A DNA stretch of 64,000 nucleotides, from assembly GCA_047495785.1 (NCBI GenBank), contig JBLDXI010000032.1, forward strand, positions 3,410,001 to 3,474,000, written 5' to 3'. Source of the DNA: Lepidodermella squamata. Its lineage: Eukaryota > Animalia > Gastrotricha. The position numbers and the translations under genes are program-made. Below are positions 37,586-50,545 of the stretch, piece after piece (within the stretch, counting starts at the first letter, position 1; each line of letters opens with the position of its first letter). A model generated the notes under the pieces. It worked only from the letters and a program-made list of their open reading frames with translations, searched no databases and was not told the DNA's origin.

Positions 37586-39308
37586 TCGCTGACTTGCCGG
37601 TAATTGCTGCGCGTCATTGCACTGGATGACGATTTTTGCCCGTCATTTCATCATTTCATCTTCATGATGGTTATGATTTTGAGCAGTATTTTGAAGGGTC
37701 TTGGCTGAATGCATTATCGAGGTAGACGTACTACCTAACTTGTATCTTGCATGTAGACTTAGCTTTAAGGGAGCTGTTGGACTGTCTAATAGTTCGAATT
37801 CATATCATAGTTTCAATAGTTTTACCTCCCTGAAATATCTTAAATTTGCCGGTTGCTGTTGGACAAAGCCGCAGCAAAGAAGTTCAGTTACATTTCAATG
37901 TTTTTCCTTGCTGTCTTCTCCCTTTGTCATCCCAGCTTAAGACTGCAGTGTAAGTATGTGTAAAGGAAGATGATGACGCTGAAGTCCCTTGATGACGCAT
38001 TGTTGAGTTTTCCTAGTTATGTTAGTGTATGATCGAGACGTACAGCGCGCCAAATTGCATACCCCTCCTATGCCGATATTCAAAATGCACTGCATCGATG
38101 ATGTAGGTATGCGTGAGTAATTGTGTTCTATTTCGGTACAACGTCTTGGAGCTGTGTCGATCCCCTAATCCCTCGATTTGAGATAATTGGCTGTGTGATA
38201 GATTCACTGCTTTCTTGCATTGAACGATGAAGTATTTATTATTATTATTCACTGAAATATAACCCGGGCCATCTTTGTGTCGCCAATGGCGATGTCAGAT
38301 TCATAATCACAGTTTGGGCGAAAGCCAGTTATGGACTGCACCGTAGGCTGCATAGGCACAGCTCTCGTCTGTCCATTCAAGCCCAATCATCGCTGTACCA
38401 ATTGCAAAGCGGTGAATACTCGTGTTTCTTCATCATGCTTTTTTTCTGGTATAGGTATTAGAGGGTGACTTCGATTGAATCAACGCTGAAAGTATATTGC
38501 AATGTGAATTATATCAAATTGAATGTGTTTTTATTATTCGCCAAGTTGGGACGTTCGAATCACGAAAAAGTCCACGGATTCAACGAATCCTGTCGTGAAT
38601 TTTCTCTGATTTTTCTGCAACAAGTCACCAACGAATCAATTATCTTTGGTTCAGCTCAAAAGCGCATTATCATGTGACTAATTATTCATACACATTCATT
38701 TTTCTAACTCTTATTTGAAATTTAACAACTTTGATATTGGTATGAACGGTTATTAAATAAACGAATGAATAAATTGTTTGATGTTTTTCGTTGGTTGATT
38801 TTTGAAACTTGTTAGTTGGTAACGTCTGCTATCTTTTGGAGAAAAACGACGCCGCTGGAAGCAACATTAATTCGAGAAATCCCACAAAGATCAAGGCTCA
38901 AGTTCGATAAGAATACGTTAAGCTGGCAATAAGCTAAGCAATATGCAAAGGCAATATACGATGACTCTATGACGTCAAACCAAACAAAGCCAGACGTATA
39001 AAATTTTCAATGTTAGTTGAATGTCAAGCAATCATCAGGTATCGGTAAGCGAATGAGACGAGGCATCTGATTCCGGCCCTATCGAGTTTTTTGTCAAATA
39101 TGGTTGCTTCGCGACAACGATGAGTCTGCAGTTTGCACCAGGAAGTACTCTTTGATGCTCTAAACGAAAGGGCCTTAATAGCTTGCCACGTCCCAAATGA
39201 GCGGAAGTAAACAATGAACGCTGGTATGCACCATTTTTTCAAAATGCAGAGATGCGAAATCGTGAGCAAATGAAGAGCATCCACCTTGTTTTATATCAAA
39301 CCTCAAAA

Positions 39309-40544
39309 ATGCGTTTAACGTACACCACCTACATCGTTTTCTTCACGACAGATTTTATTTCAGCGCTGATCGATGATCGCACAACTGACAACAATAAGAC
39401 AGTGCTTCAAAGGTTGCAATTGAAATTTTTCGAATTGTGCCCAGCTGCGAGTTCGAAGTATCTCCCTATCGAGACATCTCATTTTAACCGTCTTCAAGGT
39501 ATCAACTCGTCTCTCAGCGTAAACGTATCAGGACTGCTGTACCGCTTCGTCGAGGTCAGTGATGCTGACAGGCGAATATCAGTTTTAGCTGTAATTGAAT
39601 ACTCATGGAATTACCCATGTCAGAAATTCACATGCGACGAGTTATTGACAGGGACAGATCGCCTCCTCTGTAACCAACCATCTTTCCATTTTACCACTTC
39701 TCCTGCTGATGTTTGGTCACCTTATCTTGTACACATTAATGCTTACGAAAGATCGCGTCTCACCGGTGACGACTTGAGTTCTATGTCGATTTGGGTGGAT
39801 CCCCTGCATCTTCGAGCGACATTTTTGTACTTGGCCAGATTCAACTCTATTTGCAAAGGTTTCGAATATACCAAATTCCCATTCGACAACCTTGTTTGCT
39901 CTATAGCGTTAGAAGCCGAAGACAACATGGTTGTTTATAAACTTGAAAAATTCAAAATTGATATAGGCCGAGCAGGAAATAATTACATCAAAGATTTCGA
40001 AGTTTGGTCCTTGGTGAAACTTACTTCGACAGAGAGTAGCATCGAGAGCCCGTCAGGTAGTAAACAATTTGTCAGCCGGATACTTCTTACTATGCATTAT
40101 CGTCGCAAACCCGACTTTTATATCTGCATCATATTCCTACCCACAATTTCGCTGTTCGTCATTCAACTCGCAGCTCTTCTAGTGGGTGCAGATAGTTTGG
40201 ATCGGCCGAATTTGAGTATGACGACATTGTTGGCTTATGCTGTGATATTATACATGATCTACGATACGATTCCGATGACGGCCGAGCCTGTTTACGTGGT
40301 CTACATGGTGGTGACGAAATTCGTCAGCGGAGCGGTAATAACCGTATACACAATAATTGCTTGTCAATTGGCAAAATTTTACGGCAATCACACCAGAATC
40401 GTTCTTAGTTTAATTTCATTCTATTGGGAATTGCCGATGCCTAAATTGCTGGACTTGTTGGTCGCCTTATTCTGTGGAATCACTGTTTTAGTCTCTGACA
40501 TTGTCTATATTTGCCTCATGACTTCAGGAACTTCAGGCAACTGA
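39309..40544 (+). CDS. Divergent intronless Cys-loop ligand-gated ion channel subunit
   Basis: VWSPYL (loop A), Cys loop CKGFEYTKFPFDNLVC, RRKPDFYI..LP pre-M1, four TM segments. Likely start at Met 39309, which gives a signal peptide. Confidence 0.85.
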   Translation: MRLTYTTYIVFFTTDFISALIDDRTTDNNKTVLQRLQLKFFELCPAASSKYLPIETSHFNRLQGINSSLSVNVSGLLYRFVEVSDADRRISVLAVIEYSWNYPCQKFTCDELLTGTDRLLCNQPSFHFTTSPADVWSPYLVHINAYERSRLTGDDLSSMSIWVDPLHLRATFLYLARFNSICKGFEYTKFPFDNLVCSIALEAEDNMVVYKLEKFKIDIGRAGNNYIKDFEVWSLVKLTSTESSIESPSGSKQFVSRILLTMHYRRKPDFYICIIFLPTISLFVIQLAALLVGADSLDRPNLSMTTLLAYAVILYMIYDTIPMTAEPVYVVYMVVTKFVSGAVITVYTIIACQLAKFYGNHTRIVLSLISFYWELPMPKLLDLLVALFCGITVLVSDIVYICLMTSGTSGN

Positions 40545-40651
40545 TGAGATTGCACGAGATTTCAGCTTCAGTGTTTTTTTAAAGCGATCGAATAATTGAT
40601 ATAATAAAAAGTAACGTACTAAGTATATCATTCCATTGTATAAGTAAGTAT

Positions 40652-42458
40652 ATGAATTTTTCGTCAGTGCCAGTCAGAACATTGCTCAAACTATGGCTAA
40701 TCGACTATGCTTTACCAGACGTCAAACGGTCCCTGACGAAAAGTTTTCTTTTCAGACGATCAGGATCGAGCAAGTACGCAGCGCTCTCGATCGTCTAAGT
40801 TGGAAAGCCACCACTGGCTTTGATTGTGTTCCAGAAAGCGTCGTCAAATTGTCAAAGAATGCTATTTCGTGGTACCTTGTGGCTTTATTTAACAAAATTC
40901 TACTCGAAGGAAAAATCCCTCTAGTCTGGAAAACGTCAGTTGTGTCTCCGCTCTACAAGAATGGCTCGAAAGTCGAAATTAGCAATTACCGCCCGGTGGC
41001 TATTTTGTCACCGCTATGCCGAACCTTCGAGCGTGTCATCGTGGAACAAATGAAGGCGTATCTGACGAGAACGAAGTTTCTTTCTTCTAGTCAATTCGGT
41101 TTTAGACGTTTCCACTCTTGTGACACCTGTTTATGCAAAATTACAGAAGATTGGCGAGTTGCTATGGACCAAGATATGGCTACTGTGGCGCTTTCAATCG
41201 ATCTTAGCAAAGCGTTTGACACGCTTCATCCGAATGGCATCACTGCATCGCTTGCAAACGCCGGGTTCGATCAGCACTCGATCAGTTTAATGGGAAGTTT
41301 TATTACCAACAGATATCAAATTACAAAGCTTAATGGATCTTTGTCAAATAGCCTACCTGTTCAATATGGCGTTCCGCAAGGAAGTGTGATCGGACCATTA
41401 TTATTTGTAATCTACGTCAACGACTTGGCTCTTGTTCCCACCTACTCAAAAATCGTCTTCTACGCCGACGACACCACGATCTACTGCTCTAGTCAGGACA
41501 TCGCAGAAGCCACGCGTCTCCTCCAGCTCGATGTTCAGAAAGTAGCAGACTGGCTCGGAAGCAACAGCTTGATGGTGAACGCCAAGAAATCGCAACTAAT
41601 GGTGATTGGTGCGGAAAGTGAATCGATTACTGAAGTTAGAATCATTGTGAACGACGCTTCTCTCGTGCCTTCTGACAAAATGGAGATTCTCGGCTTTATC
41701 CTCGATCGAAAACTGTTGTTTAAGGAGCAGATCGAATCTATTCGCAATCGAGCTCGGCGTGGTCTTTACGCGCTGAGACTTGCAGCAAAATACTTGGATA
41801 GGAAAACCCTGGCAATGATGGCAAATGGTGTAGTCTTCAGCTACTTGGGCTATGCCGACAATGTCATTGCGCAGTCCGCCGACTCGAACCTGATACCGAT
41901 CCAACGCATTCAAGATATGGCTGTTCGAACAATAATGAAGGCTCCGAAGAATGCTGATGCAGATGAGTTGAGGAAAAAACTGAATTGGTTACCTATGCGA
42001 GGCAAACGCGATGTGCACCTGGCGACATTGGTGTGGCGATGTGTGAATGGCGAAGCCCCAGAAAGTCTTGTGAATCTGTTCTCTCGCAAGATGTTTGACC
42101 CTACGCAAAAAATGATGCGTAGTCAGTTCACACAAGCGCTCGTTGTCCCTAATTTAACATCGGCACAGGGTCAAAAGACTTTGGCGTATCGAGGAGCAAT
42201 ACTATTCAACAATCTGTCGACTGATGCACAAAGTGCTATCTCAGCTAATAGCTGCCGCCAACAAACTTACCTGGAACTCCTGAAAAAACCATTCGCTTTT
42301 TCTAATAATTCAAAAATCATTAAATAATTCACCGGAAACCTGAAACGGAACTGATACTATCATGGCACTCTGACTACTCTACTGCGGCTGCACTTTCTTT
42401 TTTCACCATCGAGCTTCCTTCCTGGATATCATGCTCATTAAATAAATAATAAATAAAT
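40652..42458 (+). mobile_element. 5'-truncated CR1/L2-group LINE (RT and C-terminus open)
   Basis: NYRPVAIL, QFGFR, DLSKAFD, GVPQGSVIGP, YADD. In-frame linker homology continues upstream of the annotated Met (EFFVSASQNIAQT). (TAAA)n tail at 42439-42458. Confidence 0.9.
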
Positions 42459-42789
42459 CATTGAAAATTGAAACCAGAGGTCAGAAGGGCACACTCGTTG
42501 ATCAGATCAAGGTATTGCTTTAAACATGAAATAAAGCAGAGGCGTGATTGCTTGTAATTGCTATTTGTCCATTTTCCCATACAGCATATAATATGCAAAC
42601 ATTCGAAAGAAAAAGTAACCGATAGAAAGCATAGTCAAAAATTAAAACAAACCAGTTTTTACTGATTGCTGGATGTAGGATTTTTCATGCAATTTTCAAA
42701 CTCAAGAAAAAAACATGCATTACTTAATCTGCGAGGAGAATGACCTTGTAAAAAACATGTAAGTGGACATTGAACATTTGGTGAATTTT

Positions 42790-42955
42790 GAACATTTTGT
42801 TGGCTCCAAGGCTTGACTAGTGCTGAGAGTGCCTCGGCGGTCTCGAGAGTACCCTGCTGAATTTCCACGTGGTTGTAGCAAGGTGGACCAGTCGCAGCGT
42901 AGCAGATTTGGCCATCGCATGAATTGCAATCGTTCCAAAACTTCGTCGGCGGATC
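42790..42955 (-). pseudogene. Decayed fragment of the same LINE family as 55484-59502
   Basis: Reverse complement aligns by eye to ~58600-58750 (CGACTGGTCCACC.TGGCTACAACCA..GAGGCACTCTC..CTAGTCAAGCC) with indels. Confidence 0.75.
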
Positions 42956-43812
42956 CGTTCTCGCCTGACTTGCAACTTTTGGCAGCTGCTCCCGCTTTCT
43001 GGCGGGAATATTTCAAAATTTATAAAATTGTATTTATAAAATTCGAAGTAGTTTATTGTTTTCTGCCATTTCTTAAATTTTTATATATTAAAGTTGTAAG
43101 GCGTTAATAAGCAATTTTTGGGCGCGGCATATCGTCGCGGTGCTTTTACGGTGGCGCTCAGGTTCTCTTAAGCCAAGTGCCGTTGCTCGTTACCTTTTCA
43201 CGCATCGTTGATCGTTGGCGATGATGTAGGTGTAGTCAGCCTTCAACCCTCTTGTAGCGTTGACTTTGCAGTTTGGTCAAGCCAGTAAAAAAATGGTGCA
43301 CAATGTGCAATCTTTGCCTCTAAATTGAACTATTTTATGCTACTGTGGTGCTGCTGGGAGCTGCGCGCTGTGATCTGCGATCTGCTTTTTAGGCCTGGAC
43401 ATTGAATATTCTTTTCGTTGAACAGGTCAAAACAGCTGGATGCAGAAATATGTTTGTAAAGTCGCCACGTGATATCGCCAACCCTCATTTTGGGAGTGGA
43501 GAGTGGGGGCGCTAACTCGGGCAACCGCGCAATTGATCGCTGGCTTCGCAAAATGTCGAATTCAAACAAAGTTTGGCAGTTTGCTTGGCTTGTTCTCTTT
43601 TTTCTGTTCAACTTGTTGTTAGAATTTCTGTACTGTTCAAGTAGTCCGCTATGCGCTTTGAATTCGGAGCTTGAAGGATGGGTCCTGGGTCCTTGATCAT
43701 AAATCATTCACTAAGTCTACTTCTGCTCCTAAATCATCTCTCTTCTTATCTCAGTAGCTCTCGGAAGCTCTGGAGCTATTAATTTCTTTATAGATTTTTT
43801 TGCCTAGATATC

Positions 43813-44455
43813 ATGAGCGGAGTCGACAGACTCGAAAATGTGAATCCTGAGGTCTTCCAACGGGCTGCAGAGCGGCCTATTACTAAATGTGATTTGGATG
43901 ATTTTATCAATGACTCCGTCGACGAGCGAGAAATATATGGTACTACTAATAATCATCTTCTGGCTTCTGTTTATCGATTATTGCATTTTCATTTCTCAGA
44001 TCTTCTTCGCAATATTGCTGATCCTGAGCATCCGCTGAGTTTGGAGGAGTTGAACGTTGTGGCGCTTAATAGAATAACGGTAGCCTGCCTGTAACTACTG
44101 CATATTAGGTCATACTTTATTTACGATTCAGGTTGACAAGGAGAAAAACAGTGTCATGATTTTTATTACTCCTACGATTCCTCATTGCTCGATGGCGACT
44201 CTCATAGGGTTGTCCGTTAAGGTCAAACTGTTTCGCTGCCTTCCGAATAAGTTCTTTGTCACTGTGCGGATTACTCCGGGTACTCACAATCAGGAGGCAG
44301 CAAGTTAGTCTTTACTCACCGTTAATGTATCATCTAAAACTTATATTCTCTCTTTACCAGTTAACAAGCAACTGGCTGACAAAGAAAGAGTTGCGGCTGC
44401 TCTCGAAAATCCTCAGTTATTGAACGTCGTAAATCAGTGTCTCGCTAGTAGCTAG
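43813..44455 (+). CDS. CIAO2B: Cytosolic Fe-S assembly component CIAO2B/FAM96B/MIP18
   Basis: [51 protein letters not shown]; three introns. Confidence 0.92.
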
Positions 44456-44537
44456 TAGTTTATAACAACATATTTTTCTCCGCGTCTAACTCCTTTTGCA
44501 TTGCTCGATTTAGGCTCTTATGTAAATTAATTTCAAT

Positions 44538-45171
44538 ATGACGTCATCGAAGTTGAACCTTGAGCAGGACATAGAGCGAGCGGTTGAGCTCCTACAGATT
44601 CTGCAAAGAAATTCTGATCTTCCCACGGCCAAGCTGTCAGCCCTTCAAAAGGTGTTTCAATCCGATTTCTTTCGTGCTGTAAGGGAGGTATACGAGGGGG
44701 TCTATGAAACAGTAGACATCGAAGCCCCACCTGAAATTCGAGCTACTGCTACGGCGAAAGCTACTGTGGCAGCGTTTGCTGCGAGTGAAGGTCATGCGCA
44801 TCCACGAGTCGTTGAACTGCCAAAGACGGAAGAAGGCTTGGGCTTCAATGTGATGGGCGGCCGCGAGCAGCAATCGCCTGTATATATCAGTCGCATAATA
44901 CCTGGCGGTGTTGCCGATCGCCATGGTGGCCTGAAACGGGGCGATCAAATTGTTTCCGTGAACGGCGTGAATGTTGAAGGCGAAACTCATGAGAGAACAG
45001 TCGAGCTGCTGAAACATGCGAAACGTAACTTTTTTGCTCATCCAGTCTCATATTGAGGATTAAATTTATGCATTTTTTCCAGATTCTGTGAAGCTGGTAC
45101 TACGATACGCGCCACACCTTCTAGAAGAAATGGAGGCTCGTTTTGAAAGGCAGCGCAGCTCGCGTCGATAA
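44538..45171 (+). CDS. LIN7: Lin-7 homologue (L27 + PDZ)
   Basis: [40 protein letters not shown]; last exon [17 protein letters not shown]. Confidence 0.95.
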
Positions 45172-46035
45172 GACAACACTTTGTTTGTTAACTGTTATGG
45201 GACGTGCCTTGGCCATACACTAGCTTAAAGTCCATTGGACTGTACTTTGTACTCTTCCCTACCTTTGTCGGTTTGGCCTCCGTTTTTTGCATGTGACGCT
45301 TCTTGTGTAAGCATTTACTATCTTTTTTATCAATTTGTTACACTGCTGATTCCTTATCTTGCTACCGACTTTTTAAACGCCGTCAAAAAAGACTTATCGG
45401 CTCTAGACTGCATGCGGAGAAAGTTTTTTTCAGTATTACAATTATCTGTTATCCGAGCTTGCTTGTTCGGGTCTTATCTGTTACCCCGCCCCACTTGTTG
45501 TCTCTTCTGGATATCAAAACTAATAATCACGTAACAGCAGCCTCAAAACGTTTTATATTGTTACGAAATTTATACTATTGTTCACGCTGATCATGTTCTG
45601 AGTCAAAATCTAGTGCACATATCTACATCATACTTATTTGTTGGACTGGCTTTATTTGCTCACTGGTTAACTGATGAATTTTTCTAAACACCTTTGTGGC
45701 GTCGATATTTTCTTGTTGTGACCTGAATCGTTTCATTGTTGCAACGAATTTCGTTTCCCTCGCGTAGTTTTCTTTTGTTCTTCGTAACAGCATCTAATCA
45801 TTTTAACACGATGGTTGTGGCTTATGTGTATAATTTTATGTTGAGGAAGAACACGCCTTCCGACATAGCATGCGATTTATTAGTAATTTAACAGTAAAAA
45901 TCGTCTTCTTTATACCAAATTGATATTTTTTATTCTTTTTTTTTATAGATTTTGTATAAAAGTGTTTATCGACACTGTTTGTCCGGTTTGTGCGGCTACA
46001 AATTGACCTAATCACTCGCACAAATCTTCAAAAGC

Positions 46036-47926
46036 ATGTCGGTAGATGGTGAAACTGGTGCTCTGAGTGCTGATTCAGCGTTTTCTCAGTTTGCAGCACC
46101 TGATTCGCAGCAGCCGCCCGTCGTCATTCCGGGCCATCACTTCGCCAGCCACAACACCGCCTTGCCCAGCCAAACACAACATCACATACCCTCGCGGCCG
46201 GTCTACGGCCAACTAACGGCTTGGATCCCTCTCGAGTCCGTCATGTACATGGACACGAATCTTTTTATGTTCTACTCCGTGTGGATTCTCGCCGTGTTCT
46301 TTCTTGCCGTCTACGTAGTCTCAATTAACCAGCACTTTCTAGCGTTGATCCAGAGCCTTCGGCGACTCTACCGCGTGATACGCGTCCCACCCGCCGACGT
46401 CACTGAGTGGCCGTCGATTTCTATCGTCAAACCTCTTCTCGGTGTCGACAAACAGCTGACTGACAATCTAGAAACTTTCTTCAAGATGGATTACGCCGGC
46501 AAATTCGAACTGTTATTCTGCGTCGAAGACCCGCAAGACGCGGCGTTGACCGTCGTCCACCAATTACATGCCAAATACCCTAAGGTGGACGTGCGCATTT
46601 TCGACAAAGGTGCTATCGGCGCGGCGTCGGGTTGCAGCGTTTCGAGCAAGCCTGGCGACTCTCCCGTTATCATCAATCCAATGGTCAGAAACATGGTTCA
46701 AGGCTACGAAAATGCCCGTCACGACTTTATTTGGTAAATTTTCTGATTTTTTTAGTTATTTGAACGTTAGTCATCGATTTCGAGATGTTGACTGTTTTTT
46801 TGTAAGATTAGCTAGTTTTTGATGATTTAGCGAAACGTGGGTTCGTTGTGGGTGTTTGAAATGCGATCTCTCACCTGGCATGCGTGCCCCTGTGGGTTTT
46901 GTTCGCACTTCATAGCTAATAAACTAAAATGGGTATAGTGGGTGTCAAGTAACATTCCTTTTACGAGATAATATTTCATTATTATGGTGGATTTTTTTAA
47001 TCGGATCGATTTTTCCAGGATTTCGTCATCGAGATGTCGCGGAGATGGCGATATGCTGCGAGACATGGTTGTAAGAGCCCTGGATCCATCAGTCGGCCTG
47101 GTGCATCAAATGCCGTACATTTGGGTACCGCCCATCGAGCAGGAGTACGGCGAGTTGTCGTCGTGCCCAAGCGGCTCGGCGAGTTTCGGCTCGACCATGG
47201 AGCGGCTCTACTTCTCGACATCGCTTGCCCGGCCGTACCTGGCGCTTTCATTCATGCATATCACCTGCTTCACCGGCATGTCTTACGTGTTTCGCCGCGC
47301 CGTCATGGAACAGGCTGGCGGTCTGCGGTCGTTCGGGCACTACCTGGCGGAGGATTTTCAGCTTTCAGCTGCCATTAACCGTCTCGGCTATCGGCACGTT
47401 GTTGCTGCGATTCCCGCTATGCAAAACAACGGACCTGATCTATCGCTCAATACGCTGAAGGACCGCCTGGTTCGCTGGCACCGGCTTCGGCTTCATCTAA
47501 TTCCTTTCGTCTCTCTATGTCTAGAGCCCTTCCAGGTACAGGAAAATCGGGTTAAAATTGTGAATTTTGAATTAATTTGAATTTATGCAGGAATGTTTGA
47601 TCGTCGGCGCGGCTGCTAGCTGGGCTCTTCATTTTATATTCTCCCTGGACCCTATTTATTTTTTCCCGGCTCACATTTTTGTTTGGTTTTGCTTCGACGC
47701 GTTGCTATTCTGTTCGGGCCACCGCAATTTGTCTACAAACCGGCCCTGCTGCTGCTGTTGCGGCCCGGCGCGAATGCACCCGCTCATGTACCTGATCGCG
47801 TGGATGGGCATGCAGCTACTGCCGTTCTACATCATCTTCGAGTCGTTCTGCAATCCTCGGCACATTCGATGGGGTAAAAATACGTACCGGCTGTCGTTGG
47901 GCGCCGTCGCGAAAATCGTGCAATAA
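46036..47926 (+). CDS. UGCG: Ceramide glucosyltransferase (GT21)
   Basis: SIVKPLLGVD..NLETFF..ELLFCVED..D, INPMVRNM, VGLVHQMP, YLAEDF, RLVRWHRLR, IRWG..YRL; two introns. Confidence 0.88.
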
Positions 47927-49682
47927 CACGCTTTGTTGTCTATTCTATCAGACGTCGTAGTCATTTTTCTCTTCTACAAAAACGAACATGATTTCATTCG
48001 TCAACCGGAGCCGAGTTATGAACTCTGCTTTCATACATTTTAAAGCGTAAACACCAAATTTCTCCCTTCTTCTCGCTCTTTTCTGCTCACTCAACAGTAA
48101 CACGATTAAACAATACTTTTGTTGTAATTAATTCCATATTACTGTTATAATTATCGTAGTTGTCTAGCGGTATTATAATCAGGCAAATATTTGCAGCTCC
48201 TGGAAATTATCTTTGTATAATATCGATGCATCTAGAAATCAATAGAGCTAAGGTTGTGGCGTTCTTAATCGAGAACCGAGTGGGACCATTGTTTTATCAT
48301 GATCACCATCAAAATTTCTGCTTGGATTTATCCGCACTTTTACAACCGTGATTCTTATACGAACTATCCTCGAAACAGGTTGTGTTGCTGCTGAAGTGAA
48401 TATCGATATAGCTCTCTCGCCCTAATTTTATCAAGCGCACTTTGTAATGTTCCGATGATTTATACTACACTTTTAGTGGTTGGTGACAGATATACTACAG
48501 AAAATCTACCTAGCTATTTTTTAGCACGTCGTTCAACGTACCGTGTGTAAATTGAGCATATTTTCACTACTTCAAATCAGCTGTACAAGTTCATATCGCG
48601 ACAATCTAATTTTGTGCGTCAATTTTCGGCAAAAATCGAAAATTGACCTTTGATTACACGGTGCTTTTGCTTCTACGTCATATGATACTATTGCACTTTC
48701 TTGTCTTCAAAATTGAATAGAGCTACTACTTTTATGGACCAGAAAAAGCTTGCAGAAATTACTAAATGTTTAATAATAGCAAATATCTCTAATTTTTACA
48801 TTCCAGCTGTGGACCTATGTTTCCTTCTTGTCTTGCTTCGTTTTTATTCTCTCTTCATGTACATAAAAATGATTGTGAAATTTCAATGTTAAATGCTACA
48901 CACACGACATTCACCATTCAGATGACCAATTTTACCTTTTCCACGCAATCTTCGAACGAGAATTAGTGGTCACGCCCCGACGTTCTCCTTCATTGGTTGT
49001 TGATGTTTTCGTTTCTTGATGCTATGCGGAAAATTTATCGGTCAGAGAAATTATCTATATATTTATCTTTTTTATAAAAATGAAGCAACAAATTACAAAA
49101 TCAGACATATTCTTGCTGCTTGAGGAAAAATCGTGCTTTTATTGTTACTATAATATTTTTTGTACATGATGGTATGATTCCAGTCACTTCTAGGCCTGAT
49201 TTCCTAAATGTTATAAAGAAATTTATTATTTCTATCGAGCGCCAGCTAAAGAAATGCTTATCTCAATTCTATTCGTATACACACTTGTGCACACAAGGTG
49301 GTTCACTATCTTAAACTATAGTCACTGGCGAGAAGTCGTTGCAGCTATCTAGTGAACATGACGTGTGTATGCGCTCCTCTTTGTTACTTGCATGTTTGCC
49401 GCTTCGGAGCATCGCGAAGCCCCTGAAAATTTTTATTATTCGCCCCTCGAGTCAATTATTGCCGTTTTTTATTCATAAATGAGAAAAATGAATATAAATA
49501 TGCCTTAAAGAGGAAAAATGGATGCGGCTGAAGATGGAAAGCTTCTCTCGTACTCGTAATTATTGTTGAATAGTGGCAATGAAAACAACAAAATGGTTTT
49601 ATAATGACAAAAATACAAAATACAAGTTCGTAAAAAATGAAATGCGTCTTTTTGATTGAAAAATAGAGTGAGTTAACATCAA

Positions 49683-50500
49683 ATGAATGACCTCAATTTC
49701 CCGCGGCCGTTGCGGCAGTGTTTCGCCGATGTTTACGAACCGGCAGAAGATTCATTCTTTCTGCTTGATAACCTAGAAAATGACCTGTTCACCGGAAAAG
49801 AAGCCGAAAAACGCGACATTTCAATCGCAGTAGAAATTTGCTGTGGCAGGTAGAGCAATTTTAAGGTGGATTTTTTGTTCATTTCCGAAGGCTTTGTTTC
49901 ACGCAGTGGTGTTGTTACAGTTAACCTGGCGAGAAAATTACCGCATGTTTGTTTTTTCTGCACTGACGTAAACCCATCGGCGTGCAGTTTAACTGCCGAT
50001 GTGGCTCGGCTGAGTGCGTGCGCTCATAATGTTCACGCCGTTCGAACCGATATGTGCGGCGGGCTAGAACGCCTAACGAAGCGTGTCGATTTATTATATT
50101 GCAATCCACCGTAATAAATGCTTTATATCAACATCGATAACAGCAATATACAGGATTATTTCATCCCAGATATGTTCCGACTGATGAAGAAGAAGAAGCC
50201 GACCATTCACTCATAGGATTGTCCTGGGCAGGCGGGAAGGTGAAAAACGGGAAAACACCAGCGATTTTTGTAATTTCAGTAACATTTTAGGATGGCATCG
50301 AAGCAGTCGTAAACAGGTTTCCAAGTATCGCGAATGAACTGCTGTCAGATGAAGGTGTGGCGTATTTGTTGCTACTGGACAAAAATAACCCCGAGGAAGT
50401 TATTAGAATCGCAAGGGATGAGTTCAAATTTAATGGAAAAATATTATCTACAAAGCGATTTTTTAACGAAGTTCTCAGTATCGTAAAATTCTGGCGTTGA
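49683..50500 (+). CDS. N6AMT1: HemK2/N6AMT1 methyltransferase
   Basis: VYEPAEDSFFLLD, EICCGSG, TDVNP, NPPY (split by an intron), WAGGKDG; three introns. Confidence 0.88.
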
Positions 50501-50545
50501 AAACTTCTCAATTATGCTCGTTAGAATTTAACTTGAAAAAATGGA

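Noticed and set aside
38022-38400. Possible minus-strand coding fragments
   Set aside because: No consistent splice model or recognisable motif.
40693-42327. Domesticated stand-alone RT gene
   Set aside because: The Met is internal to continuing LINE homology and a (TAAA)n tail follows; an ordinary 5' truncation.
42980-43130. Sm-site-like AACTTTTGG/AATTTTTGG with hairpins as an SL RNA or snRNA
   Set aside because: No leader/donor stem-loop arrangement; adjacent to decayed LINE sequence.
46807-46920. Intronic snoRNA in the long UGCG intron (ATTAGCTA/TAGCTAAT stem, TGATGA)
   Set aside because: No D box (CTGA) near the closing stem and no ACA tail.
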